Of a stretch of 64,000 bases of DNA, positions 42,661-56,607 are shown in pieces (positions within the stretch are counted from its first letter, which is position 1; every line of letters starts with the position of its first letter). The notes below the pieces were generated by a model, which saw nothing but the letters and a program-made list of their open reading frames with translations, did no database searches and had not been told where the DNA came from. A program made the translations under genes and the position numbers. The stretch lies in assembly GCA_964016885.1 (NCBI GenBank), contig OZ024740.1:180482001-180546000 (forward strand), read 5' to 3'. The DNA is from Eledone cirrhosa. Taxonomy: Eukaryota.

Positions 42661-43196
42661 TGAATGACGTAAAATAAGAAAATTTTAAAAATTAACTTTC
42701 TTACTAAATTTCACTCCAACTAATTAGTTTCTGAAAGGGAATTGGACATGGTTTCCAAATGGAGAATCCGTTTCATTATCAGGAAGTCTGTTTTCAGCTA
42801 AGATACCAGGGAAATAATTATTTGCCAAAACTGCTACTATAGTTGATAGTAATGGCTTGGATACTGTCTTTTTAACACCCCACTCGTCACTGATTAACGT
42901 CGATGTCACGTGATTGATTCTTTTGAATTTGCCACCGACCAAGTAGGCAGTGATATTTTCAATGTCTTGGAATTTATTCCACGATTGCTTTTTTCAATTC
43001 ACTGAATTATTTTTGTATAAATTCCCTGTGTCCAAGCATCGCCAGGTATCTTAGCTGAGAACAGACTTCATGATGACGAAACGGCTTCTCCATGCTCTCC
43101 ATTTGGAAACCATGTTTATTTCCTTTCAGAAACTAATTAGTTGGAGTGAAATTTTAGTAAGTAAGTTAATTTTTAAAATGTTCTTATTTTACGTCA

Positions 43197-43200
<4 letters not shown>
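42661..43200. mobile_element. Inverted-repeat element (~150 bp arms) with an HHR-like motif in each arm
   Basis: TGAATGACGTAAAATAAG...ACGTCATTCA termini; HHR-like folds at 42713-42787 (-) and 43065-43147 (+). Confidence 0.75.
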
Positions 43201-43234
<34 letters not shown>

Positions 43235-43268
43235 GAGAAGTGAGGTTCTATACAAAGCAGTGAGTATA

Positions 43269-43581
43269 GAGAAAAGATGAAGTTGGAAATAGCACGGGAG
43301 ATATGTTTAACGGTCAGTTTTTCTTTTTTCATTCCACAAAGTGACATTATTAAAAAGATAGTGTTGTTAAAAAAAGAGGGACAATTCTTTTTTGAAAATT
43401 TGCTCATGGAGTATACTTTATATACTCCATACACACATTTTCAAAAAAGAATTGTCCCTCTTTTTTTTAATAACGTTATCGTTTTAAAAACACTTTCTTT
43501 TACTAATGTCACTTTGACGATTCAAAAAAGAAAAACATACCCTTAACATATCTCCCGTACTATTTCCAACTTCATTTTCTC
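43269..43581. repeat. Imperfect ~310 bp foldback palindrome
   Basis: GAGAAAAGATGAAGTTGGAAATAG pairs with CTATTTCCAACTTCATTTTCTC; centre ATGGAGTATA..TATACTCCAT. Confidence 0.8.
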
Positions 43582-43595
43582 TCTCTCCCTCTCTC

Positions 43596-43894
<299 letters not shown>

Positions 43895-43991
43895 GTTTAT
43901 TACATAACTATATATATATATATAGATATATATATAGATATATATATATATATATATATTTATTTATATGTATATATATATATATATATAC

Positions 43992-44071
<80 letters not shown>

Positions 44072-44874
44072 TTGTATAACACATGTGCAACAGATTACAT
44101 ACGCACCAGCAACAACAATACCAATCCGCTTTACAAAAACCTGGAAGCCGCCAGCATTGATAAATGTTAAATGATGTGGCCTATTTTTAAAATGGGGAAT
44201 AATACATGTCCCATTAATACTTAGTGATCCCAAGTTAATAATGAAAATATCACACCCGCTCCGAAATTCAGATATAAAAGCAAGGCCAGATTTAAATTTC
44301 AGATACAATCAAGATTCACTATTTTAGAAGTATACAGAATTATGGAGGCATGTTAAACAGATAACATGGTGAAATGTTGTTATGCGTGTGTCACAATATA
44401 TAGTTCTAGTTGTTAAACAATTGCCCAAAACGTGAATGAATATGGGTAGCCGTCTGAAACACCGAGTGACATCACGATCAGCCGTAATTCGCTTGGTATT
44501 GAAATGAGGGTACTCAGATGGTGTGTACTTAAGAAAATACTATATATTCTCAAAAGGTTCAAACGATTGACCGAGGTATACAATCCCGATGAAGGGTAAT
44601 GGCCCAGAAACATGCTGAACAAAAGGATTACGATTTGTGATCGACACAGCACAGCTTTTATTGGGTCTTTTTTTCATAAGCTAATCGAATATTATTATTA
44701 AAGTTCGATATAACCCATACGTACATATGTATATGTGTGTGTTTATATGCATATGTCTGTGTTTATATGTATATGTGTGTATATATATGTGTGTGTGCGT
44801 ATGCATACTTATTTTTATGTATCAGCTGGTATAGGGCGATAAATAACATCTAATTTAATTTCATCTCTCTCTCG

Positions 44875-44984
<110 letters not shown>

Positions 44985-46387
44985 TTCTGTATAAAACTCC
45001 CATTTATTGTACAAATATATATACTGATAAAAATTATAAAACCTCTATATTAAATCCTATTTAATAACACAATATCGTAAGCCTTAGCCAGGCTAACAAG
45101 ATACTGAAAACCACCATGTTCTGTTGTCTACGAAAAACCATAACATCTCGACAACTATCCTTCATAAAGCTGTGCGCCACTTCCAGAATCTACACCAACA
45201 CCATCAATACCGACGTTAGAAGATTACAACTCACCAAAAAACAAGCAGATAGGCTAAAACGAACTTTAATTCTAAACATAAAAAAGAAGATCTATAGAGA
45301 ATTAAGTCATCAAGAAAAACAAAAGCGTAACCTAATACAAGAAATAGCTACAATCACCACACGAACAGAGAAACTAATTTTTATAAGCCTTATACGCCCC
45401 GAAGAACAGTAAATTACTCAAGAATGTGATAAGCACTTTAACAGGAAACTAAAGTGGCTTAAACAGGCAAAACCAAATCAGGATACTATAGAGTATACCA
45501 ATAGATATCCCGACAAAATTGACGGTATCAACATGGCCGACACCTCATTATCAGAAGAGTTCAACAACAAAAACACCAACATTTATGGGAACGCAAAAAT
45601 AGATAATGATGAAATGTCTGTGTTATGTCTGCCGCCCAAATTTGTGACATTCAAGAAGGTAAATATGATTAGTTGTCTGTCATAAATAGAAAAATCATTT
45701 ACAAAACTACGCTGAAGCATCAAAAACAAAAGCAACATTATATGCACACACATATACAACACACATCCCAACAACAACAGACACACAGACACAAACAACA
45801 ATAACAACAACACACACATCAACAACAACAACAATAGCAACATACCCAGAAACAACAACAACAGACACGCAGACACAAACAACAATAACAACACACACAA
45901 CAACGATAACACACACGGAGACAACAACAACACACGTCAACAACAGCACACATCAACAACAACAACACACACGCATTCAATGCCTCTCACCACCACCACA
46001 ATCTTAACAAACACACAGACACAGAAAACAAGTAATGACAGTAGCACAGAAATCAGAGAAATAAGGGAAAGTAATAAGATTAAAAGGAAAAGGAGATGGG
46101 AGACTAAAGACAAAGAGAATAACCAAGACGAACACACAGACACACAAAATAGGGTAGATAACAATATTGAGCCAGTGGAAAGAGACAGGAGTAATTATGA
46201 GAGACATAAAAACAACCATGAGGCTGTTGGTGGAAATAGAAATAGAAACAACACAACTAACAATAACAATAGCACTAGTACACATAAAGCAGCAACCTGG
46301 AACTCTCCGTTTTATAATCCCTCCGATAAATAATTCGACCTGCGACGAGTCCACGCCACGACTTTACCATTTAACAAACGCACGCAG

Positions 46388-48478
46388 TTGCCGTCGCAGG
46401 TCGATGAACAAACAGAAGCACAATTTAGTATAGCTAAATCCGAACTTAGAAATATTATAGAACAGTATAGCAAGAAGCATAATAGAATAGAGGCCCAGCA
46501 ACTGGGAGAAAAATCTGCAAATGGCTTGCGTAAGCTCATGCAGCGCTCACGTAATGGAGAGATAGCATGCTTTCCAACAGACAAGTCTGGCAGAATGTCG
46601 GTTGACAGCCTGCCAAACTACATCCAGGCAATGCAACCCCACATCACTAACACAAGAGAGGTAACACCACGGGAGCATGAGGATAGAGAAAAAGCCCTCA
46701 ATGCCCATATGGTGATGTGGACGAATATAATGCAGCCCAACAAAAGGACTGCCAACAACTTCCAGGCCTGGAACAATGACGTGCCGGCGTTGTATGTGCT
46801 TCGAAAAGACCATAAAACGGGCTGTGACCCTGTCGCGGGACCACCAACACGGCCAGTCTGTGGAGCTAACATTGCTAGTAACTACAGACTGTCCTACTTC
46901 CTCTCCCTGATCATACGCCCCATCATTGAGATGTCCCCAGATGTATGTGACAGCACGGAGGACCGCCTCAGCAGAATCGGCGTGAGTAACCGATCTGGGG
47001 ACCTAACAAACTGCATAATAGGCAGTATGGATGTTGTGTCCCTGTATCCATCTATTGACGTGGATTGTGCTGTGGAGAAATGCGTAGAAATGATCAGCGA
47101 GAGCAAGGTTGAGATCCGTGGGATTAATACCAGTGAGCTGGGATTTCTACTTAAGCTTACCCATAGTAATAGTTACCTAGACACTTATGACCTTAGCAAC
47201 CTGTGCCCTACAAGACCAGCAAGAGGCAGACCACCTACCATTACCTCAATGGCCAAGAAAACCCACACAGATAGATGGAACAGGTGGACCAGAGCCATAC
47301 GGACACCCGAAAACCACGTTGAACTCAAGAAAATGATTGCACATGCGGTAGGGGCCAGTATAAAATTAACCCTTAAGGAACATATGTTCAAATTTAATGG
47401 TAAAACATATGCCCAAGAGGAAGGAGCAGCCATTGGTGTTAGCATTGCAGGCGACATAGCTAACTTATTCATGGTATGGTGGGACAGTAGACTTAAACAA
47501 AAACTTAAAGAACAATTAGAAGACAGCTTAACCCTGATAATGTACTCCCGCTACGTAGATGATATAAACATCGTAGTTAAGACACCCCCACTAAAGAACA
47601 GTCAGGAACTAGAGAAAAACACAATGGAAAGCATCCAGCAAATAGCAAACTCCATCCACCAGAGCATTAGGGTGATGAGAAATGTGTCCCGCATGTGCAA
47701 CCCCGAAGAACTAGAGAGACACATACAACACTTCATCCATCGTATGCAGTTCTCTGGCTGCAATCAGAGAGATAGAAACAGAGTGTATAGAGGAGCCAGA
47801 ACCAAATGGGAAAAAATGGTAAATAATGACATAAATGGGACCTGCCCCTTGTATAGGAGCAAATTTTCGAATAGAATAGAAAGAACTAGGAACAAGGCCA
47901 ATAGAATAAACTCATGGTATGATAGCAATAAATACCAGAGTGTAACGTTCATCAATACAACCCCTAGAGGCGAACTAGCCTACACATTTAGAAGGGCCCT
48001 AAATAAACATAAAATCAATATTAAGATAGTAGAAAGACCAGGTACCTCCATAAAAACACTTATTAGCAAGACATACCCGTTCCAAAGACCCTCATGTATA
48101 GATAAGAAATGTATAACCTGTAAAATAAGCCCCCATATTAACTGTAAAACTAGAAATGTAGTGTATAGCATAAGATGTACTGAAGGACAATGTAGAAACA
48201 AAAATATAGTGTACATAGGTGAGACAGCTCGTAGTATAGGAGAACGAATAAATGAACACTGGCGAGACCTTCAAGATAATAAAGAATCATCTGTGCTCTA
48301 CCAACATGCTAAGATAGAACACAAGGGTAAATTAGAGAACATAGAAATAAAAATAGAATCCACACACAGAAAAGATGCAATGTTTAGGCAAATTACAGAG
48401 GCAGTAAGCATAAAAGAATTACAACCAAAATTAAATAGAAAATATGAGAGGAACAGCAACATCACAACTTACAATTAA
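46388..48478 (+). pseudogene. PLE RT + GIY-YIG with an in-frame thumb deletion
   Basis: SMDVVSLYPS, RYVDD, YIGETARSIGERINEH; lacks about 68 aa present in the 39290 ORF. Confidence 0.88.
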
Positions 48479-48690
48479 GGACAAAATGAAAACACACACA
48501 CACATAGAACAAACAACCAACCAACAACATGTAAATAAATAAATAAATAAATAAATAGATAAATGAACACAAACACACACAGACACCCGGATGTGGCGCA
48601 TGCGCAAACTAAGCACACAACACACACACAGAAACAAAATGGCGTAGGACAGAAGAAAGGAAAGGCACAGAAACAAAGAAAGGAATCCCC

Positions 48691-48735
48691 AGTCACTGAA
48701 GAGGTTACAGAGTGTGTGACGAAAGGACTATGACT
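48691..48735 (+). ncRNA. Minimal type I hammerhead in the PLE 3' pLTR
   Basis: AGTCA CTGAAGA GGTTACAGAGTGTGTGAC GAAA GGACTA TGACT. Confidence 0.75.
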
Positions 48736-50299
48736 ATATATAAACAACTATCTAGTTGTGGAACCAACCAACCAACCAACCAGAAATTTATAAGTTTTTA
48801 GATTTGTAAATTTATAAGTTTATAAATATATAATAAATTGAAGTGAAAGCAACTGGTGCGTGTGTTTCTTATTGGCAACATGACCCACCCAAAGTATAAC
48901 AATATCGGTTTCAGCACACGATTTCAGATAAAGAATCTTGCTAAACAAATTCAGAAACGAAATAACATAATATATTATATTTAAATTATTCTCTCTCTCT
49001 CTCTGTATATATATATATATATATTTATGTATCTATCTATCTATATATATATTATTCAAAATATCAATAAATGAAGACATTCACATAATCAAAATATATG
49101 TTTTCGAAGGTACTGTGCTGTTTTTTCAGTACGTCCTCGTCAGATAAAATACATGAATTGATGTATGACATACCTCAACGGTTTTGATTGTCAAGTGATT
49201 TATTACAACAAATCTCAACTTGGCAGTGGTTTATTACAACAAATCTCAACATTTAAATACTCAAATAATAACATGATCAACTTAAATTTAAAGAAGAAGA
49301 GGATGTGGAGCGAAATATGTGTATATGGAGGGGTTGAGTATTAGGAAATGCAAGAAGAAAATAAATAAATACATACATAAATATTGAAATGAGTAAATAG
49401 ACGTATTAGGGAAGAAATATATAAAAGGGAAAAGGAAGTGAAAGAGAGAAGAAGAAAGAAGAAATAACGACAAAAAAGAAAGAAAGAAATGATGTGGGTA
49501 GGTATAAAGACCGTTGCTTTCAAATATTTAGTCAAATAGAGGCAACTAATTAAATACCATGACCATTTTAATATCTTTTGTATTTCGTTATATTTAAGCT
49601 AATTATATTTATATATTATATCAAAATTAAACAATATAAAAATATATTCTATAGCCATCAGATACATAGTCTATTTAAGTAATATATTTATTAAATATTT
49701 TGTTACAATATTTAAAAACATTTTTATCTCTAAAGCATATTTAAATAATTATTAAAAATGTATAAGGATATTTATTATAACATGCATTTATCACCATCAG
49801 TATATACATTTTATATTATGTTAAGATCATTTATTATCTGAATTATTCTATTTTCTTTATAAAATCACTTCAATTCATTGATTGCCATTTCATTACAGGA
49901 ATAATTTGTAGTTATATTTATTCTTAAAAGTTTTATTGTTTCGATTTTAATTCCTTAATTATTTATTATTACATATAGTTTCCCTTTAAGGATTTTTCAT
50001 ATATTATTAAGCTGTATAAATCATGTTAAATATACTTTAGCAAGCTATTGGACAGAACAAAATTATTTACGAAGAATGTAAACAAAGGAAGATAACTCGT
50101 TCATCATATGTGAACATTTAAGATATTTAAGTATTTTGAAAACCAAAAGATATTTCAAACCACAAATCAAGAAATTTAGTTAAACAATGACCTTTCTAAA
50201 TGCAAACTTAGGATACTGAGACTCATCATGAGATTAATTTACTAGATAAAGACGATGAACAAGTTTTAAGGTAAGGCAAAACGGTATATATATATAATA

Positions 50300-50860
50300 T
50301 TTTAAGAATTATTAATAGTCAATATTTTTTTCCAAAGTTGTATAATGCTTGAAAAGTTCTTCCAGACTTATGTTGACAGCTTCCAAATAATTCATTCTTC
50401 TTTTTAATTAAATTACCATAATTTGTAATTATTAATAGAGTCTCTAAATTGCAAAGATTCCAATTTGGTGAATGATGCGTTCCGATAGGAATCAGAATTT
50501 TTAACGTACTCGAAGAAATTGAGGATTTGATATTTTTTCTTTCAAAGACCATATTAATTGTGAGAGTGATGTAGAATTTATTTTATCTGGATTAGAAAAC
50601 GAATGTTTATGATTGTAAAAGCGAAACTTAAACTTAGATGAAGTTGCACAAATGTAGTTATATGTATTATTATTATTTGTCTTAATTGTACATTTATACA
50701 CTAGATTCTTGTCAAGGCAATTATTTTGTAAGGGACATTCAGATTTCCTTCTACAGTTACAATTCATTTCGATGTTATTTCTATAACCTAAACTATTCGT
50801 ATTATCGTTATTATTCATATTTAAACTATTGTTATTGTTATTACAATTAACTAAGGTATT
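50300..50860 (-). mobile_element. PLE GIY-YIG 3' part, split from 56047-56350 by a Tx1 insertion
   Basis: CNCRRKSECPLQNNCLDKNLVYKC...YICAT..FKFRFYNH. Confidence 0.75.
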
Positions 50861-50880
50861 ATTATTATTATTATTATTAT

Positions 50881-53800
50881 TGAATGCCATGGTTGACGAA
50901 GCTCTGTTAGGTATTGTACATTTTGACAGCTATAACAATTGTAAATTGTTTAAAATGTTAACCAAATTGTAGACAAAAACACCCTCCTCCTCATGAGAGG
51001 GGTCTTGCTGCCCGTTATTTGGCCCATCGGGGTTAAATAACCGCTTATTGGGGTTTTTGAGGCAAAGGCTCAATCCTTAGTGACCCCAAGGAGCGAGGAA
51101 ATGGTGTTGGTGCCCTCCTACTGCGGGCAAAAAATTGTAAGGGTCAAACTGACCCACGTCTCCACGAGTATGGCGCATTCGTGGCTGGCCGCGTCTGTCC
51201 TCGTCGGAATCGAGGACAAAACAACTGTACTGCAAGTACAGAAATGAATAAGAGAAGATTGGGTCGTCACCTCCATTGAGATGCTAATCCAAACCAACCA
51301 GGAGTGCATCGAAGCTATCCCGGATGTGATAGACTTCGATAACGGCACTCAACTGCCCATAAGTGTTGAGGGCAAACGCCCGAAATGCTTTCGCTGTGGA
51401 TCGAAGACTCACCTCAGGGCCTTCTGCAACGAGAAGACCCTGAGAAAGGAGACCCCCCCTTCCCAAACCGGCTCCACTGCTACCAGCAATAGGACAAGCG
51501 GCAATCAGGAACGATAGGTCCGTGGTACCCATACCCACGCCACGGAAATCAAGTACCGACGCAGCAGTGGAGGTATTAACAACAAAAACAGTAATACCAA
51601 CTGCAGCTCCAACAGAGACTCCACTGCAAACATTACCAACAACAACAAGTGAAAGAGTGGAGCTAGTACACCTCCCCGACCTCACAGAATCAGACATGGA
51701 GTGTGAAGTGGGAGAGGGATGGCAAAAGGTCGCAAGAAGGCACAAACGCAGAAGCAGCGCATCGTCGCCTTCGAAAAGGGAGGAAAGAAATGAAAAAAGG
51801 TTAAAGGCTACTGCAAAGAGACTCACAGCAGCAACACCACCAACACAATCACCACCCACACTAGCACCACCATCACCACCGGCGACAACCCCATCGTCAA
51901 CAACAACAGCATCTTCAACACCACCACCACAAGCACAAACATTGCAAACACAACAACAAAACACACACACCCAGCAACAGCGACAAGAAAATAGCAGAAC
52001 CACATCCCAGCCCCAGAAAAACAAATGCACGGCAATAAATACACACAATAAGAAACTAATGACTTACATAATTGTACACACAGACATTTCACAGCACGAC
52101 TACATATTACCAGCAGCAATCAAAACACCAACGAACATAAGACTGGTAAGAATTACACAGAAACAATACACAAACATTAAAACGAAATTCCCCAACGCAG
52201 TTGGTGATTTCAGAGACCTAAGAGGGACACTCAACCGGAGAGTATATTCGGACATACTCATAGAAGAGCCGACAACCAGCCGAAGGGACGATTCAACGGT
52301 CCCTTCACCAGACGATCAAGTGAAAAGGGATGGAGAAACCATCCTTCCTCTACGAAAAGTACGGTAAGTGGTCTTTCCCATCTTTTCCACTCCATTTTAA
52401 ACATGACCTCACTCAGAATATGCAGCATAAATGCGCGTGGCTTGGGGTCGTCATGGAAGCAGGGCCACCTGCTCAACTACCTAAGGTCACTAAACATAGA
52501 TGTAGTGGCCATCAGCGAGATCAGAATCTCCGAAGCACGGGCCTTCGCACCGATCTTCGGCGGCTACGATGGGTACGCATCTTCCAGCCGTCCTGGATCG
52601 GGTGGAGGAGTTGCTGGGCTTTTTCGGAGAGGTTTGGATCTCGCCATACGGGCCATCTTCCTGGACCCAGAGCGTAAGTTGGTGGGGATGGACGTGACCA
52701 GCGAATAGGGGCAAGCTTTCAGACTAGTGGCCATCTATGCCCCGACAGGGGCAGGGCTGCCAGATTTCTTCCGGCGTCTGGAGACCTTTCTTGGAACGTC
52801 CCGCTCTTTAGTGTTAGTGGGCGACTGGAACGGGATCTTAGATTCACGCTGGGACTGTGTGGGTTTAGCGGATAGGGGTGGAGGGTGCAAGAGCCTCACC
52901 AACCTGCTCAGGCGTTTTGAACTGTCTGACAGGTACCGATTGGATTTCCTGAATGTGCCAATGTGGACTTGGACAAATCGTATAGGGTCATTCAGATCAT
53001 ATCTAGATAGAGTATTTTGTAGGGAAATAGATAGGTCTAGCATAGGCTGTCCACAATTCAAGATAGTCAGCTACACGGACCACAAATTCGTGATCTGTGT
53101 GCTTGAATTAGATAGGCTTCATAGACGAGGACGCGGCTACTGGAAACTAAACGCGTCCTTACCAGCGCGCAAGGCATACAGAGACCGGATTAGCGAACTA
53201 GTTAAGCGGGCGTTGACGGGGACCATGTCAACAACAAGGGTGGTTTGCTCTGAAAAGAGCGATTACAATAGAAGCCATTAGATTTAGTAAGACTTTAGCA
53301 ATAGAGAAAAATAGAGCAGAGGGAGAACTTGTTAGAACGTTAGACGAGGCGTTTAGCAAAGGCATCGCGTCTGACGTCTTGCGGCGAATTTGGCCCTTGA
53401 CCAATTCTTCAATGCAAGACACGAGGGGACGAAAGCCGTTCAATGGGCCCGAGTGGCGGAGGCGCGTCGTGGCAACAAAGCCACAATCCGGTCTTTGGTG
53501 GACCACGACGGTCGCATGCTACTCGATCCCGGGCAAATGTGTGAAGCTTTTCAGCGACACTTCACTCAGTTGTTCGGGGGCAGCGGTGGGTCGGATCGAT
53601 GGATGGACTTTAGTGTCTACCTCGACGGACTGCCGCGGCTCTCGGCCACTGAGGCGGAGTGTTGCGAAAAGCCGATAACAGCCGCTGAAGTACGGGAGGC
53701 AATGACTGGCTACACAACGGGTAAATCGCCAGGTTTGGATGGTCTGCCCTATGAATTTTACGTACAGATGCCAGACTTATTCGCAGGCCTCTTGGCGAAC

Positions 53801-56046
53801 GTCTACTGCAACTGGCAACAGAACGGGACAATTCCCAGCTCTGTGAGCCGACAGGCGGTGTCACTGCTGAGAAAGGATCTGAACAAGGGGGATAACATAG
53901 TTAATTTCAGGTCCATAACTCTGCTAAACACAGAGTTCAAGATTTTGGCCAAGGTGCTAGCAAAGAGGTTGGCGCTTGTCGTTAGTGGTCTGGTGGGAGA
54001 GGCGCAGACATGCGCCATTCCCAGCAGATCCATCCACGAAAACCTCCACCTCATGCGATACATCATAGAGAGGGTAGCTAGGGAACCTGGCACGAGTGGG
54101 TCTTTGATCAATTTAAATCAGTCGAAAGATTTCGATAGGGTCGACCATCGTTACCTAGCGGCAGTCCTGAGGGCGGCTGGCTTTGGGCCCGACTTCAGAG
54201 GCTGGATCGCTGCCATGCACAGCGACATCTGCTCTGTGGTTAGAGTGAACTGTCACCTTTCGGAACCGTTCAACATCATGCGCTCGGTCCGCCAAGGATG
54301 TCCTCTTTCGTCCCACTTGTACGTATTGACTCTCGAGCCATTACTGCACAAACTGGAGACGTTGAGGGGCGTCCAGCGCGAACTAGGATGCGGAAGATCC
54401 GTGTCAGCATATGCGGACGATGTCACCGTAGTGGTGTCGAACGCCAAACACATCGAGGCGATCGGCACTACACTAAGAGAATACGAAGCGGTGACAGGAG
54501 CAATGATCAACCACGAAAAGTCAGTGGGCCTGCAGCCTGGCACCTGGAGAGGCAGGTCCATGCCGTCCAACAGCGTCGTAGGACGCTGGACGGACGGACC
54601 GGTTAAATTGCTAGTGGTCTGGTTCGGTCCGGACCTCCAGACGGACAAAAACTGGGACGATGTGACTAGCAGGGTGGCTTCTCTCACCCAGAAATGGGCT
54701 GCGAGGAAGCTATCCCTGAAAGGTCGAGCGGAGGTGGCTAACGCGTACATCGTGTCTGTCATCTACTACCGCCCGACCGTCGTACCTTGTCCTAAGCCCC
54801 GCCTGACTGCTCTGGAACGTTTGCTCTTTCGCTTTTTGGGGAAGGGACGCGCTCCGATGGTCAGGCGGTCCATCTGTTGTCAACACCCGCTACGTGGAGG
54901 GCTGGGCATGCCGTGGCTGATGATGCGCAGACACGCACTCAGGCTACGACATCACCTCTTCCTCGACGGTGATCAGGTGTGGTCGCCGTTTGGTAGACAC
55001 GTATTTCCCCAGCTCGTTTCCTTGACATAGCTGTAGTCCTGGGTCAAGCGAAGACCGAGAGGCAGCGCCTGGAGACTGGAATGTCTTCAGGCGCTCACAG
55101 CCCTCGACCAATCGGGCAATGTGATCGGTGGAAACTCCATCTCGGCGTTCTATAGAGTATTAGTGGAGCGGAAGAGCGACGACGTACTTGGGGAAACTCT
55201 AGGCGTCGACGAAAATCAACTAGCCAATCTCTTCGGAAGAACTTTCGGGCCGGGGCCTATGGACAACTTCCAGAAATCTCTGGCCTGGCAGTGCTACCGA
55301 GGAGCCTTGCCAGTTCGAGATAAACTCTACAGGCATGGAGGTGCCGTCAGCCGTGGAGGGCATGTCCGAGATGGAGGGCATGTCCGAGATGCGCGCAGGG
55401 CGACGAAACCGTCCTGCACGAACTCGTTCAGTGGCCGAAAATTGCTGACTTGTGGGTATATGTCGAACAGCTGCTGTCGCGTGTAGGAGGATCCGGCTGT
55501 CATCTGAGTCCATCGTTAGGATTGCCCCACCCTCTTCCTCTAGCCGGGAAGGGCAGGCAGTTTTATCTGTCTGGTGGTCATGGCGAAAGAGATAGTATGG
55601 TAGACACGTTTGAAAGGGCTGAAGACGAGCACTTACCTCTTCGGTGATGCCCTGATTGAATTTTTCAAATTTCATTTGAAAAGGAAAATCAGAGTAGAGA
55701 GGGAAGTGCTCTTTTCCCAGCATTTTGTTGAAAGATGGGTGAGAGAAGCAAGAATGGCCCGAGTGAATGGGCCTACTCTGAGTATGTATCTGTAAATTAA
55801 AGGTGGAAACCTGGGAGAGGGCACTTGCCTTGGTGGTCAGGGTCACTGTGGCCTTTTACTGGGCTTTCTCCACAAATGTCCCTCCGAAGTAGCCCCCCTA
55901 TTGGGGAATTTTTCATTGTTATTTTTTTGTTACATCCTCTGTTTTTGTTTTTTACACGCAGAAATGCCCATTTGTACCGTCCTGTATTGTCCTGCACTGT
56001 CCTTAATATCTACTTTATGTAAACCCTTGTGGTTAATAAAGAAATC
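50881..56046 (+). mobile_element. Tx1/L1-clade LINE, full span, with an ~820 bp ORF1 deletion and a decayed ORF2
   Basis: 5' end TGAATGCCATGGTTGACG shared with 60445; ORF1 CCHC knuckle; APE motifs (INARGL, VGDWN, DHK); RT motifs (KSPGLDG, QGCPLS, AYADD); AATAAA 3' end; (TTA)n on both sides. Confidence 0.93.
52403..55795 (+). pseudogene. Tx1 ORF2 (APE endonuclease + RT), frameshifted
   Basis: ORF pieces at 52403, 52727, 53390, 55121 and 55610. Confidence 0.9.
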
Positions 56047-56350
56047 ATTATTATTATTCTTATTATCGCTAATTATATGCTGGTTCAAATTAAGATTTTT
56101 ACTATTAATTTTTGCTATATTTTGAGCAATATTCATAGTTGTTGAATAAGTAAGTTTAACTCTGTGTCTATTGAAGATAGAGTAATACGTATGTGATCTA
56201 GGGAAACATTTATTCAAGGCTTTAAAAAATAAATGTACTAAAGGTGTTTTAATAGCTAAAGATGCTGGCGGAGCATACAAAATTATAGATCTAGTCCTTA
56301 TTTTTTTACACGATTTATTTCTCGAGTTGTTGTTTTTAAACTCAGTTCTA
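56047..56350 (-). mobile_element. PLE fragment upstream of the GIY-YIG piece at 50.3-50.9 kb
   Basis: FFKALNKCFP...YYSIFNRHRVKLTYSTTMNIAQNI followed by poly-Asn. Confidence 0.75.
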
Positions 56351-56371
56351 TTATTATTATCATTATTGTTC

Positions 56372-56572
56372 TTTGAGTCTCAGTCATTGATGTTAGGTAA
56401 CTGGAAAGTTTGTTGAAATGAATATCAAGTAATTTTTTGTTGGCAGACACTGATCTTGTGCTGATATAATCAGTCCTTCAGTCTCCGATTTCAGTCCAGA
56501 GGATGCCAACCACTAATGGGTTAAAGTTTTGTCAACATCGGGATTGTTAGCTCGCTCTGGGTATTTTCCATA
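56372..56572 (-). mobile_element. Short chimeric Dong/R4 fragment
   Basis: 56372-56428 matches the 3' end at 56612-56668; 56429-56572 matches 58407-58551. Confidence 0.75.
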
Positions 56573-56607
56573 CATTATTATTATTATTATTATTATTATT
56601 GTTGTTA

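Larger units (their letters stand above)
45030..48970 (+). mobile_element. Near full-length Penelope-like element (related to the 39-42 kb element), decayed
   Basis: Disrupted N-terminal frames 45116-46330, RT + GIY-YIG ORF 46388-48478, 3' pLTR with HHR. Confidence 0.9.

Noticed and set aside
44586-44620. CCGATGA-AGGGTAATGGCCC-AGAAACATG hammerhead-like motif
   Set aside because: Core mutated and stems I and III not supportable
45700-45720. In-frame TGA as possible selenocysteine (reported for some Naiad PLEs)
   Set aside because: The context KLR* fits a TGG(Trp)-to-TGA mutation; neighbouring frames have other lesions and no SECIS was recognised
50041-50270. Exon-like segment between TTTAG and GTAAG
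   Set aside because: Stops in all three frames and no recognisable protein
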